Below the pieces are notes generated by a model that was given only the letters and a program-made list of their open reading frames with translations, made no database searches and was not told the DNA's origin. This document shows positions 23,901 through 36,304 of a stretch of 64,000 bases of DNA, one piece after another. The stretch lies in contig CM060731.1 of assembly GCA_030704615.1 (NCBI GenBank), positions 23,188,001-23,252,000 on the forward strand, given 5' to 3'. A program made the translations under genes and the position numbers. Within the stretch, counting starts at the first letter, position 1, and each line of letters begins with the position of its first letter. This DNA is from Takakia lepidozioides. Taxonomy: Eukaryota; Plantae; Bryophyta.

Positions 23901-24153
23901 CAAAATGGACTACTCTGGTACAAACAAAAGCGTCTCTACGTGCCGAAGGGATAGATCTGAGATAGTCTCTTGAGAGAATGCCATGATGGCCCGCTTGCGG
24001 GCCACGGCGGAGCCAAGCGCACCGCAACATTATTGAAAAAATAAAATAAAATTTCTGGCCCAAACTGAGGGAGGAGGCCGAGGAGTATGTCAAGACATGC
24101 AGCACATGCCAACAAAACCGGAGCGAGTACAAAAAGCAAGTGGGGATGTTACA

Positions 24154-25273
24154 AGTGACGGTGCCTTTGGCCGACATTTTGGCTGGTATACACATGGCCA
24201 ACATCTTTTATTTTCCAACACATACACAACAACAATACAAATACTCATAGTGACAATGATCACATTGATATTACTTCAGTACAGAAATATAAACATGTCC
24301 ACTAAAAAGTGCTGATGCATGCCTACAGCTGTTTTGCCTCAATTCCTTCTACTGCTTCGACGGCGGGACGAAGAAGATCCTAATCCTAATGCTCCGATGG
24401 GTTGAAAATCCGGGTCACCCTCGACTTCACCACCGTTGCCATGATCAGTGCTGGAATCGTCCTCCCTATCCGACCTTATATGTCCAGGCCTTTGAATCTG
24501 CAAGCGACCTCGAACCACATTTAGTTCTCTCTGAGGTCGACTCCCGCTTCGGTCTTGAATACCATCCACGGTATCTGGCCTGTTTGTGGGCTGATCGCCT
24601 ACAAAAGGTTGGACTGTTCTCTGTCGTTTATGGACTTGGGACGCAATCGAAGGTGGTCTCGAAGGAGGTACCGGAGGGGGGACTGCCCGAGATGGACCGG
24701 CATTAGATGGTCCGGCATGTGAGGAACTACGGGTCTGCTGCGCAACACGTCAGTTAAGGTGGAATTGTAATGGCAGGTTGTCATCATCCGAGGCTTCAAC
24801 TTCCGCCCGGTCCAATGCAGCAGAATGATGCATGCGTGTGGAAACAGATCAACCCTCTTGCTCCTTAATGCCCGCTGTGTTGATGGGGAGCTAGATCGGT
24901 TGGCATTGTGGTGGAGCTGGTCGTATCAATGAGGCATGATCCCGTCCCATCGACTGTACAATGGGTTCGACACCATCGTTTGTATGAACAGGGTTGCGTA
25001 TGTCGATCGGTCTTAGCAGTACCTCACCCCTAAGCTCCATTGGGGCACTACCGGTGGCTTCAGCGTGTAGTAGGGGGCGAGGGTCGACCCCAACTTCATT
25101 TTGAGAACCATGTTTTGGGGATGACACAATTGCAGCTTCACCTTCATCTACAATACGCATTTCTTCAAGAAGGTCATAAAAGGTCGGCTGGATATAAGCA
25201 TCATCTTCTGTGAACGTAAACGGGTCATACGCATTTTCGGGAGCATCATCGGATCCATCTTCAGTATCGGAGG
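24154..25273 (-). other. ~1.1 kb foreign coding-like insertion splitting the gypsy integrase
   Basis: Integrase reads ..KKQVGMLQ before the insert and EGSWESVSMD after it. The interior has an acidic minus-strand reading frame. No TIR or TSD recognised. Confidence 0.7.
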
Positions 25274-26844
25274 CAGAGGGGTCTTGGGAAAGTGTCTCGA
25301 TGGATCTCATGACTGCTATGCCGCTGTCAAAAAGATTCGATGCAATCATGGTGGTGGTGGATAGGTTCAGTAAAATAGGCCATTTCATCCCCACCAAGGA
25401 GATGGCAATGGCGCAAGAGACGGGGCGACTTTACTTCGCCCACGTCTTTAAGCATCATGGACTCCCAAAGGATATTGTCTCGGACCGCGATCCAAAGTTT
25501 ACAAGTAAATTTTGGAGGGCACTTTGGAAGAAAATGGGGACGAGGCTCAAGATGAGCACCGCCTTCCGACCTACGACAGATGGCCAAACGGAAAGAGTGA
25601 ATTCCGTGGTGAAGCAGATCTTGCGGAATTACGTGTCGGCAGACCAATCAGACTGGGTGGAGCACTTGGATGCGGCAGAGTTCTGTTATAATAACACAAA
25701 ACACTCCGCAACGGGAGTTTCCCCTTTCGTATTGGTCTATGGAAAAGCTCCTCTAGTGCCGACAAGTTGGGCCGCCCAAGACGTTGAGGAACCGGCAGCA
25801 GCAGCGGTGCTGGAAGAACGCGAGCGTTTGTTGAAGCTCGCAAAGTACAACATTGCCAAAACTAGGAAATGGTATGAACGGCAGGCGAATCGAAAGCGGA
25901 GGGAAGTTAAGTTTGAGGCAGGCACGGAGGTCTGGTTGAACATCAAGAATTTCCGACTACCTCCGGAAGTGAGTCCGAAGTTTGTACCTCCGTATGCGGG
26001 ACCCTTTCGCATCAGGAAGGTTATGAATGAGGATGTGTATGAATTGGAGCTGCCGGCAAACAACAAGGTGCATCCAGTATTCCACGTCTCCCTTTTGAAG
26101 CCTTACTTCAAAGATGAAGCGCGCTCGAATCGGCATCAAGTGTTGCGTCCGCCACCTATGCTATTGGATCATGAAAATAAAACCTGAGTACGAGGTGGAG
26201 GCAGTGCTTAAGTCGAGGAGGTTCAATAATCGAGAAACGGAGTATCTCGTGAAATGGAAGGGCTATCATCATGTGGAGGCATCTTGGGTGCGTGCCTCAG
26301 AAATGGGAAACGCATCCGAGGCGGTTGTAGCCTTCGAAGGGCGATCTCAAAAGCGGAAGAAGCGTTGATGGGGACATCAACCTTGGATCGTGGGGGAGGA
26401 AATGCATGCTTAGCCCGGTTTAGCTAGCTCAGGAATCTGATTGCAAAAACTTGCGTTGTACAAATTTTGTTATAAATGAAATGATTTCCAAATGTTGTGC
26501 GTCCTATTTTGTTTGGAATGGTGATGCATGGTATGGTTGGCTAGTGTGTTGAATGCATGCTAGCTTACAAAAGTGGGAGAGGTAAATTGGATTAATCGTG
26601 TGTTTGCGTAGTGCCGAAATCGGGTGACTCCCATCCAAGGGGCAAGGAAACTTGCGCCTTCTTTGGGAGTTCACGTGCTAGTGCGCACCTGACGCGTGCG
26701 CGTACTATAACTGCGCTACCAAGGGGGTTGCCGTGTAGTGCGGGCTAACGCGGAAGCTATGTGCTTCCGTTCACGTACTATAATCGTGTAGCCTCGGGAC
26801 GAAGTCGTAGTGCGGCTTCGGCGTGTTCCCGTACCTCAGGCCAG

Positions 26845-28730
26845 CATTCCAAGGCGGACCCAATTGTAGTGATTGGGGCGCATGGTTGGTTCAAGGTTAT
26901 CTTCCTAGTCAAAAAGAGGTTCAAGGTGAACCCTTGCTCAAGGTGATGCCAAAAGCAGGAACAGCCAAGTGAGAAGAGCTCACCGTCGGAGGAAGAGGAA
27001 TGACTAGGTCAATCTGGGGGAAGGAGATTTCCGCCGTTTCGGGGTCAGGGACAGCAACAATGGCAAGGTTGGAGTTGGATTGGGAGCGCTCCATCGATCT
27101 AGCATACTTCTGCGAGTAGAGCATGGCTTCAACTAGAGCCACTCCGCCCTTGTACGTAGCTTCCAAGAAAGGGCGACCTTCTAGGGAACCAATGTTCTGC
27201 GGAATACTATCACCCGTCAGCCAGTTAGTGAATGTGCCTGGGGCATGCACTCAGACAACCTCAATACAGACAAAACTTGCACGAAGAACAACTCTTTGTT
27301 GGAAGAGGAATGATAGAGGCGAGACCCAAACAGACAGAAGTATCATTGTTAAACTGTAAAAAAGGAAGGGAGGAGTCGAAGATCTCTTTAACTTTGAACA
27401 GGATAAGATCAAGCTCGTTCCCCAGAGAAAAGGAGCGAACATCTTTTTTAGTAATCCAGGCCGAAGCAAATTTGGTGGCACCCGTGAGGAGAATCGACTT
27501 AATTCCATCTGGGAAGCCCAGAAGGATCGGCAAGAACATGGACCCGATATATGCTCCAAAGTGAGCCCCGATCTTTGGCAGCGATCGGAGATAGTTCCTT
27601 GGCAGAAAGGGTAAGGCAAGGACCCTGGGCTTTTGGGTGACACCATCAATGTGACCCCATTCAGGGGACCATGGAAAGATGTGTGCTCTATGCTTGGAGC
27701 GGTTGACATTGAAGCGCAAGGCTTTTTCTGTAAATGCCGAAGAAGAGAACATGATTGAAAAGAAGCCTCGCCCGATAGGGAGACAGAAATGGGAGGTGAG
27801 CCCGCCTTCTACACCAAGATGTTCCAGGGCCCACTTCCGGCCCAATATCTGTCATGAATTCTGCCCGGGAAGAACACCAGCACACCTTGCACAGAGAGGA
27901 GCTGAGAGTGTTCTTGAATAATGTCCATGTTTAGATCCAAAATTTCCTAAGAATCCTCTGCCTGCCCCGCGTCCTTGTTCCATATCATGACTGGATCGCT
28001 AGAAGCAGAGTTGAGTGAAGGTTCCGCTCCAAGAACCACCAGAGCCCGAGTTGGCTGCCAGGATGGTTCCTTTGGGTCTGTAGCGAAGGTCACGATATTC
28101 ACGTTGACTGCGGTGGGCTTGGGGGCCCCGATGCTCCAAGAACACCAGAGCCTGAGTTGGCTGCCGGGATGGTTCTTTTGGGTCTGTAGCGGGCGTCCCG
28201 GTGCAGTTTGTGTTGGTCTCCACGGTGGGGTGGAGTTGCCGGGGCAGCAGAAACAAACGAGGCCATACCTTCGAAGGGAAGAAAAAGAACGAGCTGCGAT
28301 GGTGGAGAGCAATGCTTGAGACGAAAGAGCCAGAACACATGAGACCGCAGCTGCAGAGAAGTGAGAAGATGAAGAATGAATGGGAGAGGGAAGGCGGCAA
28401 AATCCATCTGATCCGTTAGAGGAGGAGTGAATACGGCAGACCAGAGCTGACAAAGAGTGAAGTCGAAGGCAGCTCAGAATCAATACCGCCGAATAGACAC
28501 CTGCAGACACATGCATGAAATGCGAAGAAGCCACTCCATCAAACGAGGGAAAAGGAATGGAGAATGAAGAAATGGTAGAGAGATGAAAGGATGAAGAACA
28601 AGAGATATAGGAACAAAGAGAGCAAAGGAATACGAAGAAATGTCGATGGGGTTAGGTTAAGCCTGAGAGAGACGAAGAACTGAAGGTCACAAAGAGATGA
28701 TCAAGATCGTTCATCTCTATAGAGAGGGAG
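26845..28730 (-). mobile_element. 5' portion (5' UTR and ORF1) of an L1-like LINE
   Basis: ORF 27261-27845 has plant L1 ORF1-like motifs (PIGRGFFSIMFSS..., IFPWSP, LP.LP..Y...L.KIG..FG, Cys-rich end). CT-rich 5' UTR to ~28730. Confidence 0.65.
28027..28191. repeat. ~58-bp direct repeat, two copies ~108 bp apart
   Basis: ctccaagaac(c)accagagcc(c/t)gagttggctgcc(a/g)ggatggttc(c/t)tttgggtctgtagcg occurs twice. Confidence 0.85.
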
Positions 28731-29258
28731 AGCCCAACATCCACTAAATACAATCCTAGAAAATCTAGATTCTTTGGTATATTTTGCTGGCAAAACCCAG
28801 GGTGTGCAATTACTACATTAACTTGTTGAATGATTTATTTGATTATTTGTGTGTTTTGGATGGTGCTGGTATTTGTGACCTTGTTTTCCCTATTGTGTTA
28901 TTCTTTTGCAAAATACCAATTAGTAAATATTTGGAACTTGGACAATAACAAGGTTTATTCACGTGTAGGAACCCTATCCCTATGTCTTTCATATTCTATA
29001 CCCTATTGCCGTTTTTTGTGCTCACAAGTTTGCTCATGTTCTACCAACCCCCTCTCTTATTGAGAAATCTTAGATGGGTCTTTACCTTTACATCCCACAT
29101 GGAGTGTCTACCTTCTTCGTTCAGTTTGATGAATTGAAAGCGAAGTTGTATATTGATAATTCAATATATACGCTGAGCGGAGGTCAACAAAATCTCACCT
29201 ATATTACTAACCTAATTCTCTCTTCCCCTCAAGCTTTTGCTTGAATCCAAGTTCAGAC

Positions 29259-29691
29259 CAGTGTTGTTCAGGTATCGGGTTTAGGACATACAAGACTGGT
29301 CCTGGTACCAGACGAATCACAAAACTTTCATACCAGTCTGGTCTATATAATTTGGTGGATGTAATTTTTTCCAGATACTGGTATAAGTATGAGTATCATG
29401 ACAGCAACACAGGTATGAGATATAATTCTAAAGCCATCTTCAATTACAAACTTATCAAATAGCAAGTATCAAGTGAAGACAAATACAATCCCTTTCAGAA
29501 ATAAATATAAATAAGTACAAGCATTGAAGCATATGTACACATAAATTAGTATAGTACATACACTTGAGAAAATGAGGAGTAGCCTGGTCTGGAATATGAC
29601 CAAGTATTCTCCCAAATGCTATACCAGACTGGTCTGGTATCTAATACCACTACTTTAGACCAGTCCTTCACTATATACCAGACCAACACTG
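29259..29691. mobile_element. hAT-type MITE
   Basis: TIRs CAGTGTTGTTCAGGTAT / ATACCAGACCAACACTG (15 of 17 match). Internal TACCAGAC/GTCTGGTA subterminal repeats. 8-bp GTTCAGAC at 29251-29258 recurs at 29700-29707. Confidence 0.75.
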
Positions 29692-29768
29692 GTTGGTAAG
29701 TTCAGACCAAGAAAGACACATCATAGAGTCTATTAAAAAAATTGAACAAAAATGCAGCCTCAGCCCGG

Positions 29769-30404
29769 CTATTGCAAAGTGGTGAGCTTCTGCAAATCCT
29801 CTTGCTCGCCCATAAAATTGGTCTGCTTCAACGTCGTTGCCAACGAAACCTGGCTCACAAGCGCAGTCGGCACCTGAAACGACGACGACGCACCTCTCTG
29901 GATGGCCTCCGAGACAGTGCGCCTCATATCATTCCCCTGCTGCAGATTATTCGCAAAATTACTCGCACACGGCCTCACCATCCCCAACGCCAAGCACATC
30001 ACCAACGCCCGCCTCCTGGAAGTCTTCGAATTCACCGGCCTCCCAGCACTACTTTTCCTCCTTCGCATCCCTGCATGTCCATCCTCAATCACGGAATCCA
30101 CCGCGTCCAGTATCTCCTCCGAAGTCGTGGCTAGCTCCTCACCCACCTTACTTACCGCCTGAGAGACTGCACTCTCCAAAGACTGCTCAACGGAAGCCTC
30201 CCGAGCTCTCGCACTCACATTGGAGCTCTTCATAGGCTTCACAGACTTCTTGCGCCGCAGCCCTGAGGCTTCGAATGTTGGCTTCGCCGGCAACGGAAGC
30301 ACTCCATGCGGATGCCCGTCGTGGAAGCACTCCATGCGGATTCCCGTCGTGGAAGTGAGCGAGTTGGTCACCTGAGTGCATGACGATCTCGCACTCAACG
30401 CCAT
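29769..30404 (-). CDS. Unknown 211-aa protein with an RR + hydrophobic (Tat-signal-like) segment, possibly plastid-targeted
   Basis: Intact intronless GC-rich ORF with S/R/K-rich N-terminus and TSRRRALVMCLALGMV. Confidence 0.55.
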   Translation of the reverse strand: MALSARSSCTQVTNSLTSTTGIRMECFHDGHPHGVLPLPAKPTFEASGLRRKKSVKPMKSSNVSARAREASVEQSLESAVSQAVSKVGEELATTSEEILDAVDSVIEDGHAGMRRRKSSAGRPVNSKTSRRRALVMCLALGMVRPCASNFANNLQQGNDMRRTVSEAIQRGASSSFQVPTALVSQVSLATTLKQTNFMGEQEDLQKLTTLQ

Positions 30405-30489
30405 GGTTGCAAAAACTGATCGACTACCTGATCAGTGAAACTGATCACTGCACCCCGACTTACAGTCTGATCGAAACACTCAAGAAATT

Positions 30490-30765
30490 TAGCTGCAACA
30501 CTGAGATCTTTGGAGGAACGCGGGGCACCCAAGATGCAAAACTAGAATCTTTAGAACACTGGAAGGTACGCAAGTTGCACTGAAATCTTTAGAAGACTGG
30601 AGGGCACCTAAGTCGCACTGAAACTTAGATCGTTAGAGCACTGAGGGTACCCAAGTTGCACTGAAACTGAGACCTTTAGAAGACTGGAGGGTGCCCAAGT
30701 TACACTGACACTGAGATCATTAGAAGACTGGAGGGTGTCAAAGTTGCACTGAGACTGAGATCTCG
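30490..30765. repeat. Degenerate ~44-bp minisatellite, about 6 copies
   Basis: Recurrent gttgcactga(a)actgagatctttagaagactggagggtacccaa units. Confidence 0.85.
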
Positions 30766-32814
30766 GGAGACTGGCCCGGGGCCCGAACCCAAACGATCGA
30801 GGAAGCTTGGTCAGTGCAGTGACGGTGGAGGGGTTGTATAACAGATGGGTCCCTGGCTGCAGGTGGCGGGGGGTTAGTGGTGGGGTTAAATGTTGGGGTG
30901 TGTAACCGCAAGTCTGGGGACATGTGGCTTTGATATTCTTAGTGATGTGGGGGCCAGCTCTGGCGTTTTGGACGGCTTCAATGCATCAGGCCACGCTGTT
31001 TCCAAAAAGTTTAGAGTATCCCAACAACAATCTGCCGCTTCTTGAACTGATGAGGTACTTAGATTCCATAACCGTGGCTGTCCTTATATCGATGGACCAT
31101 ACAGAACCTAAAATCAGTTAGGTTGAGTATTCGGGTATTGTTGAGGATTGTTTTACAATCCGTAGTATGAAACTCAACTGTAAGCAATTTTTCAAATATT
31201 ATCCATGGATAGAATTTGGTGCCAGCACTGTCTGCATTGAACAGAGGTAGGTATTAGATTGCGTGAAAAGTCAGTTTGCCTTCAACATGACTCACCACTT
31301 ATGTCTTTCTCACCTTGCATATGGTGATGACACATGTACTGCAATGACATATGGCAAATTTTTATAGGTACTGAATGTCAAAGTCAACCAAAAAAAATGT
31401 GAACATAATATTATTTAAGGAAAATAGTGTGGAATGTCAAGAAATTAGTATGGAGCAATCTAATACCCCTATTTAGTGTATTAGATTGCCCCATACTTAT
31501 GCACCTAATGCAGCCTAGCTTGAGACTTCAAGACTCAATTAATCTAAAATGAGAGCCATACTAATATGTGGACATGTGACATTATTTACATATTTGTAGA
31601 TTTCAGAAAATCCAAATGTAAGTAGTTGGTAGATAATTGTAAATATTTGTAGATGAGGTAATCTAAATTTTTAGGCAATCTAATACCCCTATTTAATGTA
31701 CAACAATCAAGAAAGGATTTTTCATTTTGTCTCACCAGTAATGTGTCAAATTAATCCAATGAATAATCCATATTAATTGTTTATAAGAACTGAGGACAAT
31801 ATTTTCTCTGAAAATCATAGATTTAAAATTTAAATAAATAAAATCAATCTAACAATACTGGATCATTTGGATACAAATCTAGAAAATTACTGAATTTCTT
31901 AAAGATTTGTATAAATTTGATGGATGATTCAAAGGCATAATCAAATTTGGGAAAGATAGACATTGCAATGCAAGGTATGTCACAAAAACCCTCTTACATT
32001 TTGATCAATTTTGAATTACTACAGGGAAAATCTACTCAAGAAATAAGGTAGATTATTTAGATTAATTGACAAAGAATTGAAGCCAATTGAAGCCAATTGT
32101 AGAGACCATTACCTCGGGTAGATTAATTTAGGTGTTGTCATCGCTGGGTGGAGTACCACTTGCATATCTTCTTTCATGGTTCAAGGTGCACCTAGCCTCA
32201 TATTTAGAACCCTATTACTTTCAACCTCAACAATTTGCTAGAAATTCATAATGAATCTAAAAATTGTATTTCATTATATTAAAGCATCTTTAAAATGGGG
32301 ATCTAATAGAAGTTGCTCCATCTCAAACTTGGATATGCGATTGTGCCAAATTGCTTAAAGCCACAGTTATGGAGAATCTATTTAACAATATTTCTAAAAG
32401 CCAAGATTTTTGGAGGCAAACATAGAGATTTTTTGCTATACCTAAAAATGATATAGCATTTCTGATCAAATGGGCCTCTGAACTCTGAACACCTTCTCTA
32501 TAGGTATCATTCCATTTTCAGACCAAGTTCAATAAAACATCAAGGACATGCATACAGCCACCAATAAATCTTGTTTCTTAACGTCACTTCTCACTTAGTG
32601 CTTCATGCATTGTAGGCAATCAATGTAAAGCATTTTTTTTTTCCCTTTTCTAAAGGCAAGGATGAGTTGTAATTCTAAAGAATGCTACAAGTGCCTGGAG
32701 CCCTGATTTAATTCATTACATTTGTTTCAAAAAACGGGATAGTAGCCCTCGAATTCATTATTATCATTATTGTATTAAAAGGATAATGGTACATTATATT
32801 CTTTACCTCAATGA

Positions 32815-34349
32815 GTTCAGGGAGGTGTACAGAATCTTGTCTTGGAACTTCAGCAGCAGTGGCTTGTCTAGTGCAGCTCCATCTCCACAAGCATTGTCTC
32901 CTGTTCCACCTTCACAGGCAGCAAGCAGATCAAATAATTTTGGTCTCATAGCTGGTGCCATATCTAGTATTTTGGGGCTGTGCGTAATTATCATACTTCT
33001 TGGGGTATTCTTATTTCAATGCTATTGCAGACGTCAAAGGAAGAATCACTTGGTGATGCATCAACCCTCGAGCTGCACCTCATGAGGCCTCGAATTTTCA
33101 CCTACCAAGAGCTGAGCAAGGCGACAAAAGATTTTAGTAAAAGTGAACTGCACGGGTCAGGAGGATTCGGGGCCGTGTACAGGGGCACTTTACAACCCTC
33201 TGGCGCCATGGTGGCTGTGAAGCGGTGCACCAAACCCGACAAGCCGCACGCGGAAGAAGGCTTTGTGGCAGAGGCAACCAGCATTAGCCAAATTCGGCAC
33301 CGGAATCTGGTCCAGTTGCAGGTGGGGTTGCAAAGAATTCTGTGATATATTGTTAACGAGGAAAATGATCTTCACCGAACTCTGTAGAAGTTTTTGACAC
33401 AAATAATTGCCATTGTAGCCATGCACTGATGGTTTTCATGAGTTCCTTGTTGTGTGACGTAGGAGTTCATGTTCGTGTCAACCTTTGTTTCTAGGAATCT
33501 TACAAAACAAAAACTGAATTTTCATCGCCGTGTTTCTTATTCAGCTTACGGTCTCTAGAGATTGCTTCATACTACGTTTGAAACTCTAATTTGAACCTGC
33601 CTTGGCAATTACTATGGATGCAGGGATGGTGCGAAGACAAAGGCGGCCAGTTGTTGCTCGTGTATGACTACATGCCCAACGGAAGCCTTGATGATTGGCT
33701 TTTCAAAAACGTCTCTGAGGTTGTTCTTACTGGGGACTTACGGTACAACATTCTTGCGGGAGTGGCTGCGGCGCTTGCATATCTACAAAGACTGGCTGCA
33801 ATGTGTGCTCCACCGAGACATCAAGTCCAGCAACGTGTTGTTGGACAGCGAATTCAATGCTCATCTGGGGGATTTCGGACTAGCACGCTTGATTGACCGT
33901 CTACAGCTTTGGTGTTGATTCTAGAAGTGGTCTGTGGAAGGAAGCCACTGAACACCCAGGCACTGGACCCTGACGATATGGTGCTTGTGGAATGCGTATG
34001 GCGTGCTCACGAAGCGGGAGATTTATTGAGCGTGGCTGACCCCAGATTGGGCACAAGTGACCACATTGCGAGCTTGTCAGGATGCGTCCCAAACAATGCA
34101 CTGGAAGGAGATTCGGGAAGAAAATCATCGAAACCCGTTTTCGTGAAAGATGTGCTCCGTTTGGGGCTATTGTGTTGCCAACTGAATCCAAGCAAGAGAC
34201 CGCCCATGGGACTCGTGAAGCATATGTTTCAGACGGGGGATGGTGCCGCATTGCCTCCCCTTCCCGCCACCAAGCCCCCCATGCTAGGCCACGGTTGGGC
34301 CGAATCCGAAGTATTCAGCAGTATCACCTCACCATTGACTGCTAGCTAG
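32815..34349 (+). pseudogene. L-type lectin receptor-like kinase pseudogene
   Basis: Lectin end YRILSWNFSS, TM helix, RPRIFTYQEL..GSGGFGAVYRG..VAVK..HRNLVQLQ, intron 33322-33623, then [22 protein letters not shown] and DFGLARL. Frameshifts near 33070 and 33785. The activation segment (GT.GY.APE) is deleted at ~33897. Confidence 0.9.
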
Positions 34350-36304
34350 CTGCACGGAGTTCATAAGAACTAGCTATGGTCTGCAGTTTCCGATGATCGA
34401 TAGGCAAGAGTGCAGGTACGGTGTTTCATGTGGAGAGGCCATTGATGTGAGACTGATCTGGTCATGAAGCAAAGCTGCTGCATTTTGCTTGACAGTCACA
34501 TACGTAAAATTGGAGGCGGAATAACATGATTCTTTTGGCTGGATGACCGTGCACCATGATGGAGCCATGATGAACAGTACAAGAATAATACTCCATTTCT
34601 TCTTCAAGTACTAAACTTTGCTACACAATATTGTCTATAGTAGAGATCTGGGCCATACTCCGAAGTACTAAACTTTACTAAATATTGTCTATAATAGAGT
34701 ATCTGGTCCAGATGCTCTACTGTAGTAGTGCTGCTAAAGAATATTATGTGTTTCGTAGTGTCTGGACGTGGCCGCAGTGGTCTGTTACCTTCAGGTCAGT
34801 GTCTAAGGCTGGTGTTGTCTCCGTCTCGTCTTATCCACCGATCTTCCTGCAGCTGCTCTTCGTCTTAGTGCGAAGTTAATGCTTGTGTTGCTTCAAGATG
34901 GGTGCTCGTCCTCTCGTTTTTCGAGTTCACGGTTGCATCTCAGTTCTGTCTCCAGTCCCACAAGACCCGCAGGACGCGATTAACTAGCTCATTTCTGCTG
35001 CTACTTACATCATGGCAACCTTTTCTACAGTTTCTTATTACCTCCTGGGACGATGCTCTAGCCCAGACCGACACCAGATCAGCTTGGTCATGGTGAGCTC
35101 ATCATTGTGCTTTCAACTTTCGCAAGCTCTTCTGTTCATATATATTGTATATGGCAGCTTTTGGCTGGATTGGCTGGTCTGCATGCAGAAGGGCTTCAAA
35201 ATGTTTTAGGACGTTCCCATAAGTTGACCGTTTGTGAATATTCGGAATTTGCAGTAGTACTACAGGGGAATCAACATAAATCTGAACCTATGAAGGGTGA
35301 AATGATTCTAGAGCTGATTGTCTCCATGCGAGATACCACTTTTATGCAGGACCTTATGAGCTCTCACCAGTGGGTGTGTTCGGATTTCCTGGGAGTCAGT
35401 AGCAGAGGTGACTACTCACTTACAGTTGATGTTCCAGGACACATTACAGTGTCAGAAATTAATACTATGAATACACAGAGCACTGCAAGTGTAGCAGTGT
35501 CATCAAGCAAAGTAGAAGTTCGGACAATTTTTTCTGCACGCACATTTAGCTAAACCCCTGTTTTTGTCACTTGCACATCCACATGTCAGTCATGGTGGAC
35601 ACAAGTGGGTAATGAAGATGATTGCAAAAGTCGAAAGACGTCGAAGCACACTATTGCCCTGATGTGTGAATGGAATTGGCACCTTCAGATCCTTAGTTTG
35701 ATGCTCTGCCCAACTGTGGCTCACAAAGGATTTCTCCCTCTATGCGGCTCACACGAGGCACACGACCATGTTTCTAACCGGCAGGCCGGTAATCCGTCCG
35801 TCCGTCAGTCCGTTCGTTCCACACGTGGGAAACGAGAAATCACGTGGAACCGTTCGTCCACTACAACTTACGACCAGTCGCATCCATCCATCTGCCTTTT
35901 TGTTTTATTTATTTTTCCTTCTGCCTTCTTTTGTTTTAGTTTTTTTATTTGTTTTTAGAGAACAGGGGACTTTTTTCCCTTCTGCCTTTTTTTAAAAAAA
36001 AAAAAAAATGAACAGGGGGATTGTAGCCCTAGAAATTTTATTAATAGTAAGGAAAAAATGCCTTCCTTTGTCGAAATTCCAGAAAAATAAAACTTTTGTC
36101 TGAAAACGTTTACCGTTGAATTTTGCAGGGCCTCTGGCCCCAATTTCCAACCGAATAAAAATAATAAAAACTGTATAGAATTTTGGACTCACCGACCCGC
36201 CGGAATCATATTCTAAAATGTTGAACCCTCAAAGAAAATCACAATCTTTTAAGATTTATTTTTATTTTACGAAGGCCTCATGAACTTTATTGATAAAGGA
36301 CTTA

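Larger units (their letters stand above)
19534..26840 (+). mobile_element. Ty3/gypsy chromovirus LTR retrotransposon, degenerate, with truncated LTRs
   Basis: 5' LTR remnant ends ..GACA at 19883. PBS TGGTATCAGAGC at 19886-19897. Gag with CFNCGEPRHMAKKC, protease LLVDT*AS, RT 22176-23237 (YIDD), RNase H 23373-23790, integrase HHCC ~23980-24113 and core 25278-26187, chromodomain YEVEAVL..YLVKWKGY..ASW. PPT GGGGGAGGAAA ~26392-26402, then 3' LTR from TG at 26403. Confidence 0.95.

Noticed and set aside
23307-23903. 198-aa minus-strand ORF and similar antisense ORFs across the gypsy pol
   Set aside because: Shadows of RT, RNase H and integrase.
24891-25397. 168-aa minus-strand ORF as a real gene
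   Set aside because: Chimera of antisense integrase and the foreign insert.
30924-31121. Possible upstream lectin-domain remnant of the RLK
   Set aside because: Similarity too weak to support by eye.
34721-34730. GTAGTAGTG as the partner end of the CACTA terminus at 3131
   Set aside because: Only 9 bp match, there are no subterminal repeats, and the flanks differ (CTA vs CTG).
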